A stretch of DNA of 63,047 nucleotides, filler included, from Olpidium bornovanus S191 (GCA_017911155.1; 31 parts of 31 records of this genome joined end to end with filler, not necessarily neighbours in it), one strand, 5' to 3'; positions 1 through 13,011 are shown, numbered from the whole stretch's first letter. Notes: generated by a model from the letters alone, not told the origin. Numbers and translations: made by a program.

Positions 1-479
1 CATGGCCGGTTTTTCATCTCGCCTTCTTGACAAAAAAAGAAATAAGCCATTTTGGTTTTGGGTTGGGTTTTATGGGTCTCTGCCCAGATATGTCAAATAA
101 AGTGCCTACAATGTCAAAAAAGAGCGGCAAATAGATGTTGTGCTGGAAAGCAAATTTGACGTTCGATCCCTGTTTCTGTCTATTCAAGTCACGTCTGTCA
201 CTGTTCATTGTCCTGCGTTCGATTGCGCAAATGGCGGCCGGACGTGGGCTGTGACGAGGTGCATGACTGCGCCAGTCCAGTCAGTTCGCGATCGGGTCCC
301 CGCGTGTGGCGCAACGTTTCCGCGCAGGGAAACGCGGGCGCGGCCACGCCTGCCGCCGCCGCCGCCGCCCCGCCCTCTCCCGCCCGCGCGCACAGCAGCA
401 GCAGCCCGCCAGAGGCCCCGATCACGACCGGACGATTTAATTTCCCGCGGCTTCGTCGCCGCCAAAGCGCGAGTGCCGT

Positions 480-2620
480 ATGACAGCCGCGCCGGTCCGC
501 GCGGTGTCGTCGCGGAACACCAAAAAGGCCCCCGCCGCGGCAGTCTTCGCCAAGCCGGCGCTGCCCGCCGGGCGGCCCGCGCGCCGGGCGGCCGCCGGCG
601 CGGCCGACAGGGACGCGCCGCTCGCGGCAAAGACGCCCGCCGCGAACGTGGACAAGGCGCTGCTGCCACAGCAACAGCAGGCCGCGCCGGCGGCGGCGGC
701 GGCTGCGGCGGCGGTCCCCGTGCCGCCCAGGCCGCTCGGCGATGTCGCCCCGGAATGGTACAAGACCTATAGGAAGGCGTTCCCTTCATTCGTGTTCTAC
801 TTCCACGACATGGATCAAAAAAACACCCGGATCTTTACCAGGTTCACGCTCTTGCTCGGAGGGGTGAGTGGGCCGGAGGGCGACCGGCAATGCTTAACTT
901 CCGGGCCCGCTCGATGGTGTTTGCCGGCGGCCTTACCCGTTGCGCCGTTTGGCAAATCAGGCTATCGAGCCGTTCTTCTCAAAGAAGGTTACTCATCTCA
1001 TTACCGGAGGGCCGATACCAGCCAATTACGTCATGTCGAAACCGCCATCCCACCAGCAGCAACCGCCTGAGGAAACGCGCCTTTTCTGCTCCACGCAAGG
1101 GCAGCCATTTCAACAAGCTTCATCAAAGAAGCCCGCGGAATGCGAACTTCCAGCGGATCGGCTTCTGCAAAGGCGAAGTCAAGGTAGTCGCAGACCTGCC
1201 GAGGACAAAGAAAACCGACTAACAAAATTACTTTCGACTCGCCACGTCGTCGGCCAGCGCAAGGCCGTTCTCCGGTCAAAAATTCCCGTTCTGACGAAGA
1301 AAAGCGCTATGCAACGGGTTCGCCCACCGTCCCCCAAGCCGGACATCACGGCCAAGGCGGTCGAGATGAAAATCAAGATCTGGGGAATCGAGAGTATCCT
1401 TTTTGCACACTTCGCCGACTGCGCGTTGCTGCCGTTCTGATACGTATGTTAGGCAGTTTTCTCCGCCATTCTTGACTCGGCTGTTGCGATCGCTTTGCAG
1501 AATATACCAAGGTCCTTTCCGCATTGATGAATCCTTCCGCATTTGATGATTCGGCACGCCCGTCGCTACGGATCACGCTTCGCGACGAGAAAATTCTTGG
1601 CCCCTCAGCTGTGTACCGGCCGATGAAGGACTTCTACATTCTTTCCGAGGACGCCACCGGAGTATACCGGCCCATAATAGCGCGCGAATACGTACCGACA
1701 GGGAAAGATCGGGAGCCCTGGGCGCATCTTCGGCCCCGGCAGAAGGCCCAATGCCCATTTTCGAAGCCGGGGATTACGCACGAATCTCAGACAGAAGTCA
1801 AAACGGACGGTTCGAAGCAGAAGAAATCTGGAGCAGCTCTTGATGGCACGGCCGAACGACAGCTGAACCCCAGGGCGTCGGCGGCAGCGGTGCCGAAGGT
1901 CAACCCTCCGCGGAGAACGGCGGGGAAGGACGCGCGCACTGTTTTGCCGCTGCCGATGGCGCCGAGCGCCGACGCTTCCGGGATAGTCGCGGTGGGCTCC
2001 GGCGTGTCCACCGCCAACGCCGTCACGTCTGTCCAGTTAGCTGGCCCGGGAGCCGCCAGCAAGGGAATACAGCAGGACAAGATGGACCAGCTGGTAGGGA
2101 AGACCGTGCCAATGTTCCAGAAACCCAAGGCGCGTTTGAAGAGGGCGTCCGCGCTTTCCAAGTCGGCAGTTCCACAGGGACTTGCGGACGACGTCCCCGA
2201 CCTAGAAGCGAAGAAGCCGGAGGCGGACGTAAAGCTCCCCCGAAAGGCCGGTTTCTGCGAGAACTGTTACGCCAAGTTCGATGACATGGAAAAGGTAGTT
2301 GATTTCGTTATTTGTGTCCCCGGCTGTTAGACGTTATGCGCCGTTTTAAGCGCTTGGCACGCTCTTAGCACATCAAGTCCAAACAACATCGCGATTTCGC
2401 CACTGATTCTGCGAATTTCGGACAACTGGCCGCTCTAGTCGAGACGGTTGCTCGCGTGCCAAAAAAACCGTCACCTGTGCGTCACGAACTGGAAAATGTG
2501 AAGGAAGGCGATTGTAACGATGTCAGGGAGCTTGACACGGACGTCGCGGGCGCGGAAGGTCAGATTGTTGACGAGGACACGGAAGACGACGTCAAGAATT
2601 TACATTTTAGTTTAGCGTAA
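480..2620 (+). CDS. DBF4: Dbf4/Dfp1, regulatory subunit of Cdc7 kinase; 4 exons (480-863, 961-1393, 1501-2294, 2369-2620)
   Basis: Spliced protein has motif N (WYKTYRKAFPSFVFYF...LLGG|AIEPFFSKKVTHLIT...KIWGIE), motif M (YILSEDATGVYRPIIAREY...CPF) and a C-terminal zinc finger split by an intron (GFCENCYAKFDDMEK|HIKSKQH). All introns are GT-AG and keep the frame. Stop TAA at 2618-2620. Confidence 0.93.
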
Positions 2621-3299
2621 AGTATCACTAGGTAGTTTTATGCTAAACTTACAATTTATTAGTTCAAATCCAAATTTGAACCATAATTAAAAGATTTGCA
2701 ATCACTTAACTAGTTTTTTTTTAGGTTTCTTTCCGGGACACGGCCTTCACCGAACGGTGCAACGAACACGTGACGACGCCCACCTCGGCCCAAACCGGGT
2801 GCTGCCTAGCCGACGGCAACTTCTGGGCGATCCCGCCGCAGGAGTCACCAACGAGTCCGGAATGGTCTATCTCGCGCCGTCAGCGGACTGCCGACCTGTT
2901 AGACGAGGCCGAAAAGCTGCCAGTCCAGCAGCTCTGGGTAGCGGAGGGAGGTTGACCCGCGTTCGGCGAGCGGGCCGAAAGGAGGAAGACACCCTCGGCA
3001 GGCTACCTTTTGTTTCCCGTTAATCTGAAGACCCATAATCAACCTGGCGTGTAGTGCGACCGGACCTGTGGTAGCTTTTCCCGGAAACGCCGAGCGAAAC
3101 ACTGCAAAGTAGCGCTGTGTCAGACCCCGACGGTTTTCCTCTGGGGTGAACCTGGTATGCCGTTCCAACACCGAGTGATGGTTTGCATGTTCGTTTCGGC
3201 CCCCCGCGAGGGGCTTACGTCAAGCAGTTGCACTGGACTCCGGGAAATAGTGCTGTCAGACCAACACGCCCGGTATGGTTTTTGTTGATACACGACAAG

Positions 3300-3399
3300 N
3301 NNNNNNNNNNNNNNNNNNNNNNNNNNNNNNNNNNNNNNNNNNNTTAATTAATTAANNNNNNNNNNNNNNNNNNNNNNNNNNNNNNNNNNNNNNNNNNNN
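3300..3399. other. Artificial contig spacer N44-TTAATTAATTAA-N44 (first of 30 identical copies)
   Basis: Same 100-nt unit starts at 3300, 5605, 7247, 8529, 10818, 12876, 16290, 19881, 22084, 23322, 25393, 26612, 28565, 29833, 31002, 32213, 33645, 35074, 36365, 39327, 40938, 42602, 46152, 47732, 49563, 53427, 56101, 57445, 59827 and 61854. TTAATTAATTAA is palindromic and gives stops in all six frames. Genes are cut off at the spacers. Confidence 0.99.
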
Positions 3400-4688
3400 C
3401 ATGCGCCAATTGGTGCTTGTGTGCGGAGGGAACCGGCAGCTGCCTGTCGGCCGGTTCTGTTTGCGGCCTCACTTAAGTGCGCGGTTTTGCGCCTTCGCCT
3501 TGCGGCCCGGCCGCAGACGCGGCAAAGTTGGGAGGCGTCTGCATCAGGAAATCTTTCGCAAGACTTCGGCACAGTCAACAAGATTTGAACTTATATTTTA
3601 TTATTATTAAGGCATCGATAACATTCGAGCATTCGAGCCGCGCCGCGGGCCGTCCCGAAGGGGTTCGACCCGTGCTCGGGCCCACATTTTGCCTTCGCAT
3701 TGCATTTGCTCGACTGCGCGCCGTGCCGTTTTGGGGATGACCAAGCAGAGAGCTTGTTTTTGCAACTGCCGACGGCCGGAGGAAGACTAAATGCCGCGCG
3801 CGTTCGACGTCAACACCGGCTCGCAAGTTTCTGTGGCAGCGAGCTACTCTGCTACGGTGCTACGGTGCTACTCTGCTTTGCATGTTTGTGTAGACTTGGG
3901 AGACGCGTCGTGGGGGCGGGGGGTGCGGCGCTTGGCGAATGAAATTAGCCGGGGCGCGAATGGGCGCTTCGAAAAGGTGGCGGATGACATCAGCCGCCGG
4001 CCTTTTCTTTCGGTATGAGGTCTGGCAATGACGTTGTAAGAAAGGGCTGAGCGTGGGTCTTGCTGTCTTTACCAAACAAAGATTTCGTCACTGCATAGAT
4101 GCTCAAGCTTAGCAATGCATACCAAAGCAGGTTGGCTTCGCCTCCGTCAAACCGCTATTATTTGGGGCCTACGCGAACACTGCTTTTACGCCAAACGCCA
4201 ACTAGAGCACTTCTTTTACACAGGAATAACGCCTCCCAAGGCGAAAAACGCAACAACCTAACGAAACCTCTGCTCACCAAGGTCAGCGTCATCTGTGTGG
4301 TTCTCGCCAGCAACACAACGAGGGGTAAGCAAAGACCCCGTGGCTTTCCCAATGAAAGCCTTTCTATAGCAGAATAAGGGAAAGATGCAAAACAAACGAT
4401 GGTACGAGGCGCCTGGTGCGCTCCGGCAGTCACATCGGTTTATTTTCTCCTTTTTGCCCTGCGCGCTTCTCGGCGCCCACGACTCTGGCGCCTCCGGAAT
4501 ATTTCTAGCCCGCATTCTCTACCCCAGCAGGAATCATCGATGTCGCCATTGATAATTCCCCGAGAATGAGCAATCACTTCTTCTTCCACTCCGCCCATCC
4601 CCCCCCGCGTACACAGCCGCAAAGCCGCAAACGGCGCTGTCCGCCGGCGCCAGATATAATTAGAGCGAACGGCCAACCGCGCTGAAAT

Positions 4689-4761
4689 TGTCCATTAGTG
4701 TAGTTGGTTATCACAGCGGATTCTGATTCCGTTAACCTCAGTTCGAATCTGGGATGGACCG
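4689..4761 (+). tRNA. tRNA-Gln, anticodon CTG, intronless
   Basis: Cloverleaf folded by hand: acceptor TGTCCAT/ATGGACC (6 bp plus T1-C72 mismatch), T8 A9, D arm GTG/CAC, anticodon stem GCGGA/TCCGT with loop TTCTGAT, T arm CTCAG-TTCGAAT-CTGGG. Closely resembles yeast tRNA-Gln. Confidence 0.92.
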
Positions 4762-4770
4762 CAAATTCCC

Positions 4771-4777
4771 TTTTTTT
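4771..4777 (+). terminator. RNA polymerase III terminator (T7)
   Basis: Run of seven T starting 10 nt after the tRNA-Gln discriminator base. Confidence 0.75.
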
Positions 4778-5200
4778 AATTTTTTGTGAAGAAGCTCGTC
4801 GATATACACGGCCATATGGGCATACCGGGAAATCGGCCCGGTCCGACAAAGGAGACGGCGGCCTGCGTCGACTGAGGGAAAAGCCGCACCCCGCCCGAGA
4901 CGGAGGGTCGCCGATGGCGTGAGTTGCGGGCGGAGGCGGACGATCGCGTGGAAGAGGACGCCGCTTTTGAGTTTTGGGAAACCGCGCGGATTTTGTGCGC
5001 GGAAACTTGACGCTACGCCTGCGGGGAGACAGACGGGGTGGGGGCCCAACTTTGCCTGGCGGTTCGAGGAAAAGAAGGAGGGGGGGGGAGGGGGGGGGGG
5101 GGGGGGGGGGGGCACAGAGGGGGCACAGGGCCATGGTTCTCTTTTTTTTTCTTTTTTTTTTCCCCCGCTTTCTCTCTCTCTCGCTCTCTCCATCTTGCCT

Positions 5201-5239
<39 letters not shown>

Positions 5240-5485
5240 ACCCATTGCCCCCGTCCCCTTAGCCACCCTTCCCCCTTTGCACCCTTACCCTTCCCCCCCG
5301 CACTCCTTGGCGGGGATGAGGGATGAGGGATGAGGGAGGAGAAGGGGGAAGAGGGGGGAAGAGGGGGGAAAGGGGGAAGGAACTCCCTCCCCTCTCCCCT
5401 TACCTCCTTCCCCCCCCCCCCCCTTTCCCGGGGGGGGGGGGGGGGGAGGGGGGGGGGGGGGGGGTGGTCCCCAAGCTGCCGTCCC

Positions 5486-5604
5486 GCCTATCGCGAAAGG
5501 TTGCCGATGTAAAGAGCCGCCCAGGGGAACGCTGTAGACGGACCCGCCGTCGAACTTGTCCCACCCGGCGGCGATGATCCCGGCGGAAAGCTTGTCCTTA
5601 TTCG
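5486..5604 (-). CDS. PRE3: 20S proteasome subunit beta-1 (Pre3/PSMB6), internal exon fragment
   Basis: Minus-strand translation NKDKLSAGIIAAGWDKFDGGSVYSVPLGGSLHRQPFAIG matches the conserved beta-1 segment. It is cut by the spacer, and the expected downstream SGSTYIYG exon is not visible across the G/C homopolymer region. Confidence 0.88.
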
Positions 5605-5898
5605 NNNNNNNNNNNNNNNNNNNNNNNNNNNNNNNNNNNNNNNNNNNNTTAATTAATTAANNNNNNNNNNNNNNNNNNNNNNNNNNNNNNNNNNNNNNNN
5701 NNNNCATGGGGCAAAAAGCAGAAAAAACAACGGAAAATTGGAAAGAAACAAAAAAAAGAAACCAAAAACCGAAAAAAAAATTCGGAAAACGTGCCTGGAA
5801 TCGGAGGGTTGAGTGTGAGGTGTCCCAAAAGCAGACCCTCCCCTCCTCACAATGAAACGAAAAGATTTCGGGTGGTATTCGCGTAGATCCGCGGATTT

Positions 5899-6096
5899 AC
5901 GCGGACATCTTTTTTACGGTCTGCCTAAAGCACGGCTTCTCTCCTTCCCCCCATCTTCCCCCCCCCCCTTTCTTCCTCCCGACTAGAAACGCGGACATTT
6001 TTTACGGTCTGCCTAAAGCACATTTGTCCCCCTTCCCCCTCTTTCCTTCCTTCTGATCAGAAACGCGGACGTCCTTTTTACGGGTCTGCCTAAAGC
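5899..6096. repeat. Three dispersed copies of a ~34-nt motif ACGCGGACAT(C)TTTTTACGGTCTGCCTAAAGC separated by pyrimidine tracts
   Basis: Copies at about 5899-5933, 5989-6021 and 6063-6096, read directly from the sequence. Confidence 0.85.
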
Positions 6097-6800
6097 CTGT
6101 CGATCCCCTCCCCCCCTCCCCCCTCTCTTCTTCCGGCCGGAAATATATATAAATTGGTCAAATCCCGTGCGCAAATCAACGCGGAAGTCCGCGGATTTCG
6201 GCCGAAAACGTGTTTACTGTATTTTTCAATTTGATCGAACATATACAGCGCAAGGCGCGTAAATCCGGACATCAACGCGGACGTCCGTGCAAAATCCTCA
6301 GGTGTCAGCTGTGGAACGTACACATGATACACAGGCCCCCTACCCCCACCCCAGGAAGTTCAAATTTTTTATCATTTTTTTTTGTTTGTGCGCAGTTTTT
6401 TGAAACAGGCGGCCCCTTGGTGTGGGGGGAAAGAGGGGGGAAGATGGAGGGGAGGAAGAACACTAGCGGGAGACGTGCGGGAGCAGACGCCCTCGCTCGA
6501 GTTCACGTCGTCCGAACGCGCCGGCCCCCGCCCCCCGCCCCCTTCACCGCCCCCTCGTTGGACCGCCCATGCGAACTCGCCGCGGAAACTGTACCTCTTC
6601 GAAAAGAAAAGAAAGGACGTGGGGCAGAGAGCTGCAGGAACACTCCCCCGCCACCCCATTTGCTTTGAACGCAACCCAAAATTCCTCCATTATGTTTTAT
6701 AAAGAGAGGTCAACTTCAACTGATTCCTCAGCGAACTTTCCACCTTTTAAGCTCAGGTCGTCTCGGGGGTGTGGGGGAAGAACACAGGGTGCTCGCCCCC

Positions 6801-6833
<33 letters not shown>

Positions 6834-7683
6834 TTGTTTATCGTAACGCGCGTCATCACGCACACACGTGTACGGTTACGGGGCCTCCGCACCACCCGAA
6901 AAAAAAACAAAAAAATAAAAGAAAAAACGAGAAAAGAAAAAGCATTCTGCCGTCCCCCGTTCCCACATCTGCCCCAAACTCCCGACCCAAAAGACTAAAA
7001 GCCGAAGCAATCAAGCCAAAAAAAACGACCTCCTTGGTTGTCGTCATCGCCCGCTGTTTTCCCACGGGCAGAGGGCGGGGTTAGGAGAAGGGAGGGAAGG
7101 GAAGGGGGTTTGACCATTTCCCTCGGCACCTTGTTTTCAATCCGCCCGCGCGCGGGGGAGATCCGCGCGGAGATCCCGCCCGTTTCAATTCGCAACCGCC
7201 GATCACCGGGGCCAGGGCGGGATCGGCGTCGTTTCGCCGACAATCCNNNNNNNNNNNNNNNNNNNNNNNNNNNNNNNNNNNNNNNNNNNNTTAATTAATT
7301 AANNNNNNNNNNNNNNNNNNNNNNNNNNNNNNNNNNNNNNNNNNNNCTCGTTTTTGCCCCCCCCCCTTTTTCTTTTTCTTTTGACCGCCCGGCACCTCCC
7401 TGCTGTAACCGTCAACCATAGCAAATACACGAGAGAACGTTGAGCTGAACGTAACACTCGCACGCGGTCACGTGATCCAGCGGCCCTCGCGGCAATTTGT
7501 AAAGGGGGGGAAAGCAGAGTGCGCGGGACTTTTGCCCGCCCCACCAACCTTCCCTCCCCCCCTGTCGTTGGCCCGCGAGACAGAGACAGAGAGAGAAAGG
7601 GAGAGCGCGCGCGGAAACCGGAAAAGCTCGGAGAGGCCTTGTTCCGTTCGCGCGAACCCTTCGGCTCCCGCAGCCCCTGCGCC

Positions 7684-8393
7684 ATGCACCTCATGTACCA
7701 CGTCGGGCCCGACGGCAAGCGGGTGTACACGCTCAAGGTACGACAAAGCCCCGGTTATCGTCCAGTTTTCGGTTTTTTTTTTGGTTTCGGTGCGGGCTCC
7801 CCGAGAGACCACTGCCGCCTGGTCCAATTCCTCCCCCCTTTCCCGCCTCTGAGTCCCCGCTGCGACAAGACGCCCGGCGAAAAGTTCCCAACCTGGACGC
7901 CGCGAACTGTCGCGATTTTCCTTTGCAAACGTGGGAGAACAGGACACACGCCGCGCGGCGCCGACCTCTCTCAGCTGCGACTTAGGGTTGAGACCCCCGC
8001 GCCCGGGCAGCTTTCTTGTCCGGCGAGCCACGACCGCCTGCGCTCGGGGGGGAACGGCCGAGCGAGCCGCCGGAACTGAACGAGGGATTCATTCTAACGC
8101 TCGAGGTCTATGCCCGCCCCGCACCTTTTTCAAAAAAAAACCCCCCCAGAAAATCGTCAACGGAAAGGTGACCAAGTCCGCTCACCCAGGTATGCTTGCA
8201 GACGCGCAACCGCCCAGCGCTTGAAGAGCCCTTTGTTTGCCAAGGCCATCATGCTTGCAGCGTGCCGGCATTTACACCGGTTTGTCATATTCCAGCGCGG
8301 TTCTCCCCCGACGACAAGTACTCCCGGCACCGAGTGACGCTGAAGAAGCGGTTCGGTCTTCTTCCAACGCAATTACCGCAACCGGCCCAATAA
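7684..8393 (+). CDS. NOP10: H/ACA snoRNP protein Nop10; 3 exons (7684-7737, 8150-8189, 8296-8393)
   Basis: Spliced product [63 protein letters not shown] has the canonical Nop10 motifs. GT-AG introns. Confidence 0.97.
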
Positions 8394-8628
8394 ACTAGCC
8401 TCAATCCCCCCCCCCACCACCTTCCCATCCCGCTCCTCCCTCCAGCCTCACACGCAAGTGGCGCCGTGTAATACATATTCAAGTTATTACTGCGGGATAA
8501 GCGCATCGCGGTTTGCGCAACCCCCTCCNNNNNNNNNNNNNNNNNNNNNNNNNNNNNNNNNNNNNNNNNNNNTTAATTAATTAANNNNNNNNNNNNNNNN
8601 NNNNNNNNNNNNNNNNNNNNNNNNNNNN

Positions 8629-9575
8629 CATGATCTCCTCCTCGTACCTTCAAGGGCAGAGGGTTTGTCCAACCCGCATCCGCATTGAGAAAAGATTAAA
8701 GACTTGTCAGTTGTGTGACGAACGTAGCAATTTAACGCCAACGTTCTGCGGCATTCAAAGACGGTAAACGGAGAATAATTCGTACTGCTGTTTGACCTTG
8801 TTATGCGTTCTCTCCAGCTCGTACAAGACCTGCTGAAACAAGTTCATTTCACCAATTTGAGCCGTCACTGGGAGCAAAAATACAGCACCCAGTTTATGGC
8901 ATAGAAGCAGTAGAGGAGATACATCAGCACGTGGTTTGTATAGTCCACACTTTTAGCGGCTCATCAACGTCGACGGACGTAGTCCGACGCTTTCTCCACG
9001 GCGGTTCGCCGAGACGTCCCTCCCAACTTTTACATCACGCTCCCGCAGTGCGTGTACATACTCTTGTTTTCGAAATCCTCCCTCTGCATCTTGAAGGCGC
9101 TTGCTTCCTGCGTTAGGTGATCGCATTCCGTCTTCAGCAGATCCAGAAGCTCCGCAACACGGCTTGGCGATCCACGTTGAATTGGCGGAAGCAGTTGTCC
9201 CGGCGCGACCGCTGCCTGCAGACTGCCCTGCTGTGCGTGTGATTGGCCCTGCTGCAGCGGAGGGGGCGTCGGTAACGGGTGGAGGCCGTGCTGTAGCGGC
9301 GGGACGCCCATCAACGGAGCACCCGTGCCGGTTGGCACCGTGGTCAACGTCGGTGCGCCCGGCACCGGCCCGTGTGCGTTCGGGGGTAGCGGAGCGGGCG
9401 GCGGCGGAGGCGCGGGCGCGCCGTGCTGCAGTTGGACCGGGCCTCCTGTTTGCAGCAGCAGCTGCTGAGGCGGCTGAAGGGACTGCCTGTGCGCGCCGCC
9501 GCCGTGGATGGCGACGGGTCCCATGACGGGGGAGCTCGGTGCGGCAGATCCGACAGCAGGCTGCAGCGCCGACAT
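8629..9575 (-). CDS. TUP1: Tup1-type corepressor, N-terminal part (exons 9575-9062, 8867-8786, 8647-8629; 3' truncated)
   Basis: Pro/Gln-rich leader followed by the Tup_N helix SRVAELLDLLKTECDHLTQEASAFKMQREDFENK|MTAQIGEMNLFQQVLYELERTHNKVKQQ|YEEEIM. The WD40 domain lies beyond the contig end. Confidence 0.88.
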
Positions 9576-10160
9576 GCCCTCCGGAGGGCGCGCAGGAGCG
9601 GACGTATGTTGGTGCTCCGCCTGTTTCGTTTTTTTGTCCGCGGTCTCGCCGTGGCAGGGCCGTGGCAGGGCCGTGGCAGGGCCGTGCCTGGAGAGAGGAG
9701 GGCAGAAGAGCGCTCCGCGTTGCTGCTGCTGGTGCGCGCAGCACGGGCGCGAGAACGGGCAGGCGCCGACGGCAAAACACTGCGGACGCCGGCAATGCGC
9801 TTTCCCCGCTCCCCCGCTGCCGCCCCCCGCCTGATTGCGGCGCGCAAATTACAACAACGCTTGCCTGGAACGCAAACAACCCCTCCTCCCCAGGCGTTTT
9901 CGTTGCAATCCCGTGCTTGGGCGGTTGATTGGCAGGTCCATGCTCTCCATCCGTTATTGGCGGCAGAGAATCCGCTAAGCGCCCCGCCAGCCGGGCGCTT
10001 GCGCAAACGGCGCGAACAAACCTCACTGCATACACGTCAGCCAGACCTGCTCAGGGCCACCAGTGCGTGCTACTCTGAACCAAATTCTCGGTAGAATCCT
10101 GCAGTGAATCTTGCATCAAATCTTGCAGATTGCCTTCAGCGAATCAGCGTGCCATGCAGC

Positions 10161-10817
10161 ATGAACCTTGCTGCAATTGCTACAAATTTTGCAGCTAATC
10201 CGTCTGTTGTTATTCTGTCGCAAATCCCGCCGCCCGTCCTGCATGAGTTCCTGAGTTCCTATTCAGCTTTACGTCCTTTCAAAAAAATCCTGCCGTTGAT
10301 TTTGTGGCCCGACGTCTCGGACCTCTTGCCCCGAAAACATGAGGATGAGGAGGAGGGCAAGCAGGAAAAGGCAGACGACACGTCCGCTCCTTTAGCGCAA
10401 GAGACGACGAATAGTACGCCTTCGGTAAGTACACATGGCCCGATAAACGCAGGCAGTCCAGAAAAGGGAGATACGAAGGTAGGTGGTTGCACTCCTGTTG
10501 GCGGTCCTCGATTTTTTGCCATTGGCTGAATTGAGATGATCCCGCGTTCCACAGTTCTTGCGGAACCTTTTCCTCACCCATCGACGCTCGGCAGGAAGAG
10601 ACTCCTGGCAGAATCCGTGGGGCAAGTGCAGATTGGCAAGGCGGACCGGGACTTCCGAAAGAGGATTCGGCCTTTTCATAAGACGCCAATGTCCGGAGGG
10701 GATTGCAGTTCATTATCGTCGCCTGCCAGTGATGAACGCGGCACTTTAGGCCCTGTAGGCTCCGAACTTGCGCGGAAAGCGGGTGTTCACAAGGAAGACT
10801 CGGAGCCCAAACCATGC
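10161..10817 (+). CDS. Hypothetical protein, 5' part, divergent from TUP1
   Basis: Two consecutive ORFs (10104-10529, 10536 to contig end) with a plausible GTAGGT donor near 10479. No recognisable domain. Confidence 0.35.
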
Positions 10818-11073
10818 NNNNNNNNNNNNNNNNNNNNNNNNNNNNNNNNNNNNNNNNNNNNTTAATTAATTAANNNNNNNNNNNNNNNNNNNNNNNNNNN
10901 NNNNNNNNNNNNNNNNNAAAAAATACGTCACGTCCGCAAAACGCGCACGCGTATGTTCCTCCGCAAGCGCCATATGGAAGTGTGCCCCGACGCGACGAAC
11001 ACACGTCAGGCCGTACCGCGATGCGCGCAAGTGACATGCGCAACGACGCGCGCGCGCGCGCGCGCGACCGGTT

Positions 11074-11107
<34 letters not shown>

Positions 11108-12111
11108 CATTTTGACGGCCGCCGCCGTCCTGAGGCGAATCCATCCTGGTTGCAAATTTCGCCTGCCGCAAAAAAATCCCGCTTGCGGGGAGAGTTCTTA
11201 CCGTAGAATCCCGTTAACACCGTGAATCCCCGGCCCCCACCTCCTCCGCGACTTTCCGGGCGTTTCCCCCCCCCCCCCCCCCTCCCCCCCCCTTGAAACC
11301 GCAACGGGGAGAAACGCGGCTTCGACCCGTTCCCACCCCCCGACCCGGGAAACGAAAAAAAGCCCCCACTATTCTCCTTTTCGGCCGCGGGGGCGTGGCG
11401 GTTTGATGTGCGTAAGAGGTGATGACGGCGCATTAGAAGACGCACTCCGCGGGTCGGGCTTCAGATTTAAATCTTTATCCCTTAACGTCTTTCACTCTGC
11501 CATTAATCTGCGAACCCGTGTGCGGCGCCCCCTTTCTCGGTACGACCCGTCTGAGAGAGGTCACGGGGGGGATCGAAGGACTGCCAATCGCGTAAAACTG
11601 TTTTTAGCTTTAGAGGCCCCCCACTTGCGTGTTCTTTCTCGACGGCGCCGGCGGGCGCACAGACTACGGCTTTCAGCAACAAATACAAAAAGAGGGGAGG
11701 TGGGGGGCGCGGGGTCGTAGCCAAATTATCCACCGATCCCCGCATCACCATCAGCCCCGCCGCGGCAGCTTCGTCGCCGTCCTTTTTGGGCGCTTCACGA
11801 GCTCCGGGCAGGACGAGCCCGAGGTCAACCAAACGGCCGGTCCCCGAGATTTTGGTCCCTCTTTGCTCCCAAACAGACGTTGAAGGCCCTCATTCTCTTC
11901 CGGACGGCCGTTTGGAATATATTGTACGTGATATCCGGCTTGTGTGCAAATGGTTTGTTGGGTGCGGTCTCCCGGCACGAGTGTCTGCGGCCGGTAAAAA
12001 ATCGGAAACGAGCTGCTCGCCACGCAGCGGCGGAAGCAATCGTGGGGTGGGGTGGGGGGTGGGGGGGGGGGGGGGAGGGGGAGGGGGGGGGGGGGGGGGG
12101 TTTCGCGGATT

Positions 12112-12875
<764 letters not shown>

Positions 12876-12978
12876 NNNNNNNNNNNNNNNNNNNNNNNNN
12901 NNNNNNNNNNNNNNNNNNNTTAATTAATTAANNNNNNNNNNNNNNNNNNNNNNNNNNNNNNNNNNNNNNNNNNNNGAG

Positions 12979-13011
<33 letters not shown>

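Noticed and set aside
4738-5241. Minus-strand ORF ending YIDELLHKKLKKG, superficially cullin-like
   Set aside because: It overlaps the tRNA-Gln terminator and homopolymer tracts, the Lys run comes from the T-run, and there is no other cullin motif.
5899-6096. CRISPR-like repeat-spacer pattern
   Set aside because: Eukaryotic context, only three degenerate copies, low-complexity spacers of unequal length, and no cas genes.
11419-11552. Possible C/D-box snoRNA (GTGATGA ... CTGA)
   Set aside because: No terminal stem, and I could not match an antisense element to rRNA. These boxes occur often by chance.
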